In this document: positions 60,600-64,000 of the stretch, piece by piece
Layout of the letters: the number at the start of each line of letters is the position of its first letter
Numbering within the stretch: the stretch's first letter is position 1
Translations under genes and position numbers: made by a program
Notes under the pieces: model-generated
The model's input: only the letters and a program-made list of their open reading frames with translations
Database searches by the model: none
Told to the model about the DNA's origin: nothing
Source: Squalus acanthias
Taxonomy: Eukaryota
Direction: 5' to 3'
Assembly (NCBI GenBank): GCA_030390025.1
Contig: CM059432.1
Coordinates: 131,814,001-131,878,000 of the forward strand
Length of the DNA: 64,000 bases

Positions 60600-61194
60600 A
60601 TAAGAATTAGGAGCAGGAGTGGGCCATTTAGCCCCTCGAGCCTGCTCCGCCATTCAATAAGATCATGGCTGATCTTCTACCTCAACTCCACTTTCCTGCA
60701 CTATCACCATATCCCTTGATTCCCTTAATATCCAAAAATCTATCAATCTCTGTCTTGAATATACTCAACGACTGAGCCTCCACAGCCCTTTGGGGTAGAG
60801 AATTCCAAAGATTCACCACCCTCTGAGTGAAGAAATTTCTCCTCATCTCAGTCCTAAATGGCTGACCCTTTATTCTGAGACTGTGATCCCTGGTTCTAGA
60901 CTCCCCAGCCAGGGGAAACATCCTCCCTGCATCTACCCTGTCAAGCCATGTAAGAATTTTGTACGTTTCAATGAGATCACCTCTCATTCTTCTAAACTCG
61001 AGAGAATATAGGCCTAGTCTACTCAATCTCTCCTCATAGGACAATCCCCCCATCCCAAGAATCAGTCTGGTGAACCTTCGTTGCACTCCCACTATGGCAA
61101 GTATATTCTTCCTGAGGTAATGAAACCAAAACTGTACACAATACTCTAGGTGTGGTCTCACCAGGGCCCCATATAATTGCAGTAAGACGTCTTT
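60600..61194 (-). mobile_element. CR1 3' fragment
   Basis: C-terminal part of ORF 60682..61398 (VRPHLEYCVQFW). Confidence 0.9.
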
Positions 61195-61279
61195 ACCATT
61201 CCAGTAAATCTCCTCTATACCCTCTCTAAGGCCTTGACATCCTTCCAAATTCCCAATTTGAAGCATCTTAGTTACCAAG

Positions 61280-61865
61280 ATAAGATCGAAGAGCTGGAGA
61301 TCGATACTTGAGAGAAGCGTAGACTTGGGGCTGATTTGATTGAGGTTTCTACGATGATGATGGGAATAGATTGTGTTTGTGTCGACAGTTGGTTTCAACT
61401 AAATAGGTTAGGGAAGACCAGGGGTCACAACCTCAAGTTATGTAAGGCCAGAGCGAAGTTAGATGTTAGGAGGTACCCAGAGAACAGTGGACCTGTGGAA
61501 CAGGCTGCCGGCTTTTGTGGTGAGCGCTGATTCGCTGAATTCCTTCAAGAGAGAGCTGGACCTGTTTCTGGCTGAGGCGGAGACCATCTCGTACAAAAGG
61601 TAGGTACTGTATAACATTATTCAGGACCAGAGTGGTCTCCTGAACTAGTTTTGATGGCCTAAGGGGGTTGGAGAAGACTTTTACCATTTTTTTTTTACAT
61701 AATTGGCCTGGAATTTTATCTGTTTTCTCGCCTCTCCCAGGAGATTAAATGCCTTTCGGGCAGGGTGAGGAGTGTATGTATTGTGATGCACAATGCATCA
61801 TAATCGTGTGGGACAGGCTGGATGGACCAGTGGTTCTTTTCCTGTCAGTCATTGTTTGTCTGTTT
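61280..61865 (+). mobile_element. CR1-type 3' fragment, different subfamily
   Basis: KTRGHNLKL remnant followed by a longer 3'UTR. Confidence 0.6.
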
Positions 61866-62539
61866 GTATATGCTATATGCTAATATGTTATCCTAATCTT
61901 GGTTTGTTTGTTAAATTCAGCACAACTGTATGTTAAAGTCAAGTGCTCCCTTAGGGAGTAGAGATTAAAGAGCTGCAGTTGGTTGAATGGATTGCTCTGA
62001 TGCAAATGGCACATTCCAATAGTGCTTTTTTCAGTGTAGAAATAAACCAATTTCCCCCAGGGAATCCTAAAACAGGCATTCGGCCCCTCATTAGCATATG
62101 CAAGGAGTCATTATGCATTAATAATGAAGCTCTCACACACTCCGTGCAAGGGCTAAGGATACCATCAGCGAATGCACGACTGGAAATGGCGTGCGGCACA
62201 TTATGAGTTCAACTTCAGTAATCATAATTTTCCACATGCGTGATCACTGCTGGCAGAACTGTTTCCACCGAGTGGGATTTCTATTCTTCAACAGGCGAGG
62301 AAAACCAGATTCATAAAGCAGATGTTCCTTTTTCCTGAACTCAGTAGCAGTTGCAGCAAAATTGAACACTTCCGAAAAGTAAGTGGAGCGCAGAGTGTGA
62401 AATCCCTGAAGAACTACTGCTTTCCTGTGACTCCCCTCCCCCATTAATATTCAGTTTCAGTGTAATTGTGGATCTTCAGCAGAAGTTTACTAAATATTAT
62501 AACTGTGGGTCCTCAGCAATATCGCTGCAATTGTAATCC

Positions 62540-64000
62540 CTGTCCCGAGTCCCAACGGGCGACAAGCTGATCCTCCTTGGCAACTTTAACGCCAGAGTTG
62601 GAAAGGACATAGACCTCTGGAGAGGTGTGATCGGCAGAGAGGGGGTAGGGAAAGCCAACTCCAACGGTACCTTCCTCCTGACGAAATGCTTAGAACATGG
62701 CCTTGTCATAACCAACACCTTGTTCCGTCAGAGAGACAAGTACAAGGCTTCATGGCAGCACCCTCGCTCCAAGCACTGGCATCTGCTGGACTACGTCATC
62801 GTCCGAGCGAGGGACCACAAGGACGTCCGCATCACCCGCGCCATGACAGGAGCTGACGGCTGCTGGACAGACCACCGCCTAATCCGCTCTGTCATCTCCA
62901 TCAATGTAGCCCCAAAACAGCGGCGACAACGCCGCAGGAAAATCAACGCTGGAGCACTCAAGGACCCCGCTAAGAAAGCCCTATTCAGCCTGCGCCTCAC
63001 AAACAACCTGACGACTCCCAGTGATGCAGAGACAGAGTGTCCACAGCGCCTGGTCTGCACTCAAGGCCTCCATAATCAGCACCTGTGAAGGGACGCTCGG
63101 TCACTCGACCAGGAAACACCAAGACTGGTTCGACGAGAACAACCAGGAGATCCAGGAGCTAATAAGCCACAAGCGCAAGGAATTCCTGATCTGGAAACAG
63201 CAACAGAACTCGAGAGTCAGAAAGCAGCTCTACAGACGCCTGAAGGCCGAGGTCCAACAAAAAACTCGCGACCTAAAGAACAGATGGTGGGTGGAGAAAG
63301 CGCAGGAGATCCAGCAGCTAGCCGACAACCACGACGTGCGTGGATTCTTTAGCGTAGTCAAGACCGCCTACGGCCCAAGCACCCAAGGTCCTACCCCACT
63401 GCGGGCCAAGAACGGAGAGGTGCTCATCAAGGACAGGGAGGTAGTCAGTGCCCGCTGGAAGGAGCACTTCGAAGATCTCCTTAACCGAGACTCTGTCTTC
63501 AACGCGAGTGTCCTCAACTCCATCCCGCAGCATGCTACCCGTCACCATCTTAGCACAACCCCAGCCCGGCATGAGGTTGAAAAGGCCATCCGACAACTGA
63601 AGAACAACAAGGCCTCAGGAGCAGATGGAATCCCCGCCGAGGCACTAAAGCATGGCGGAGAAGCACTACTGGCGTGAATTCATGAACTCATTTCTCTTAT
63701 CTAGAAGGAAGGAGCAGAGCATGCCAGGGGATCTCAGAGACGCCGTAATTGTGACCATCTTCAAGAATGGTGACAAGTCCGATTGCGGTAATTACAGAGG
63801 AGTTTCCCTGCTGTCTGCCACAGGGAAAGTCATCGCAAGAATCCTCCTCAATCGCCTTCTCCCAATGGCTAAAGAGCTCCTCCCAGAGCGCAATGCGGAT
63901 TCCGCCCACTAAGGGGCACAATGGACATGATCTTCACCGCGTCCCAATTACAAGAGAAATGCAGGGAACAGCACCGACCGCTGTACATGGCCTTCTTTGA
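62540..64000 (+). mobile_element. RTE-clade LINE ORF (endonuclease and start of RT), frameshifted, runs off the window
   Basis: LLGNFNARVG, SWQHPRSKHWHLLDY, WTDHRLI, RWKEHFEDLLN, KASGADGIPAE, NYRGVSLLS. Confidence 0.9.

Overview
This is eukaryotic DNA, very probably from a cartilaginous fish (shark or relative), inferred from HE1-like V-SINE, SacSINE1-like DeuSINE and CR1 repeats. The window lies inside a + strand FACIT collagen gene resembling collagen alpha-1(XXI). I find nine phase-0 exons: a putative 12-nt microexon, an 84-nt Cys-containing exon, and seven 54-nt Gly-X-Y exons between 6326 and 40387. The introns are filled with transposable elements. These include CR1-group LINEs (one with an uninterrupted 732-aa RT ORF), L2 and RTE fragments, SINEs, several PIF/Harbinger-type elements with 3-bp TSDs, a hAT-Charlie element with an 8-bp TSD, and short Penelope-like insertions with 12-14-bp TSDs, three of which carry hammerhead-ribozyme motifs. 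The most striking feature is a ~3-kb array of ~100 in-phase, CpG-rich 30-bp units, many containing TATAAAG. It sits directly 5' of the UTR and ORF1 of a CR1 element and looks like an expanded promoter-monomer array. Family names come from recalled motifs, not database searches, and boundaries of degenerate repeats are approximate.
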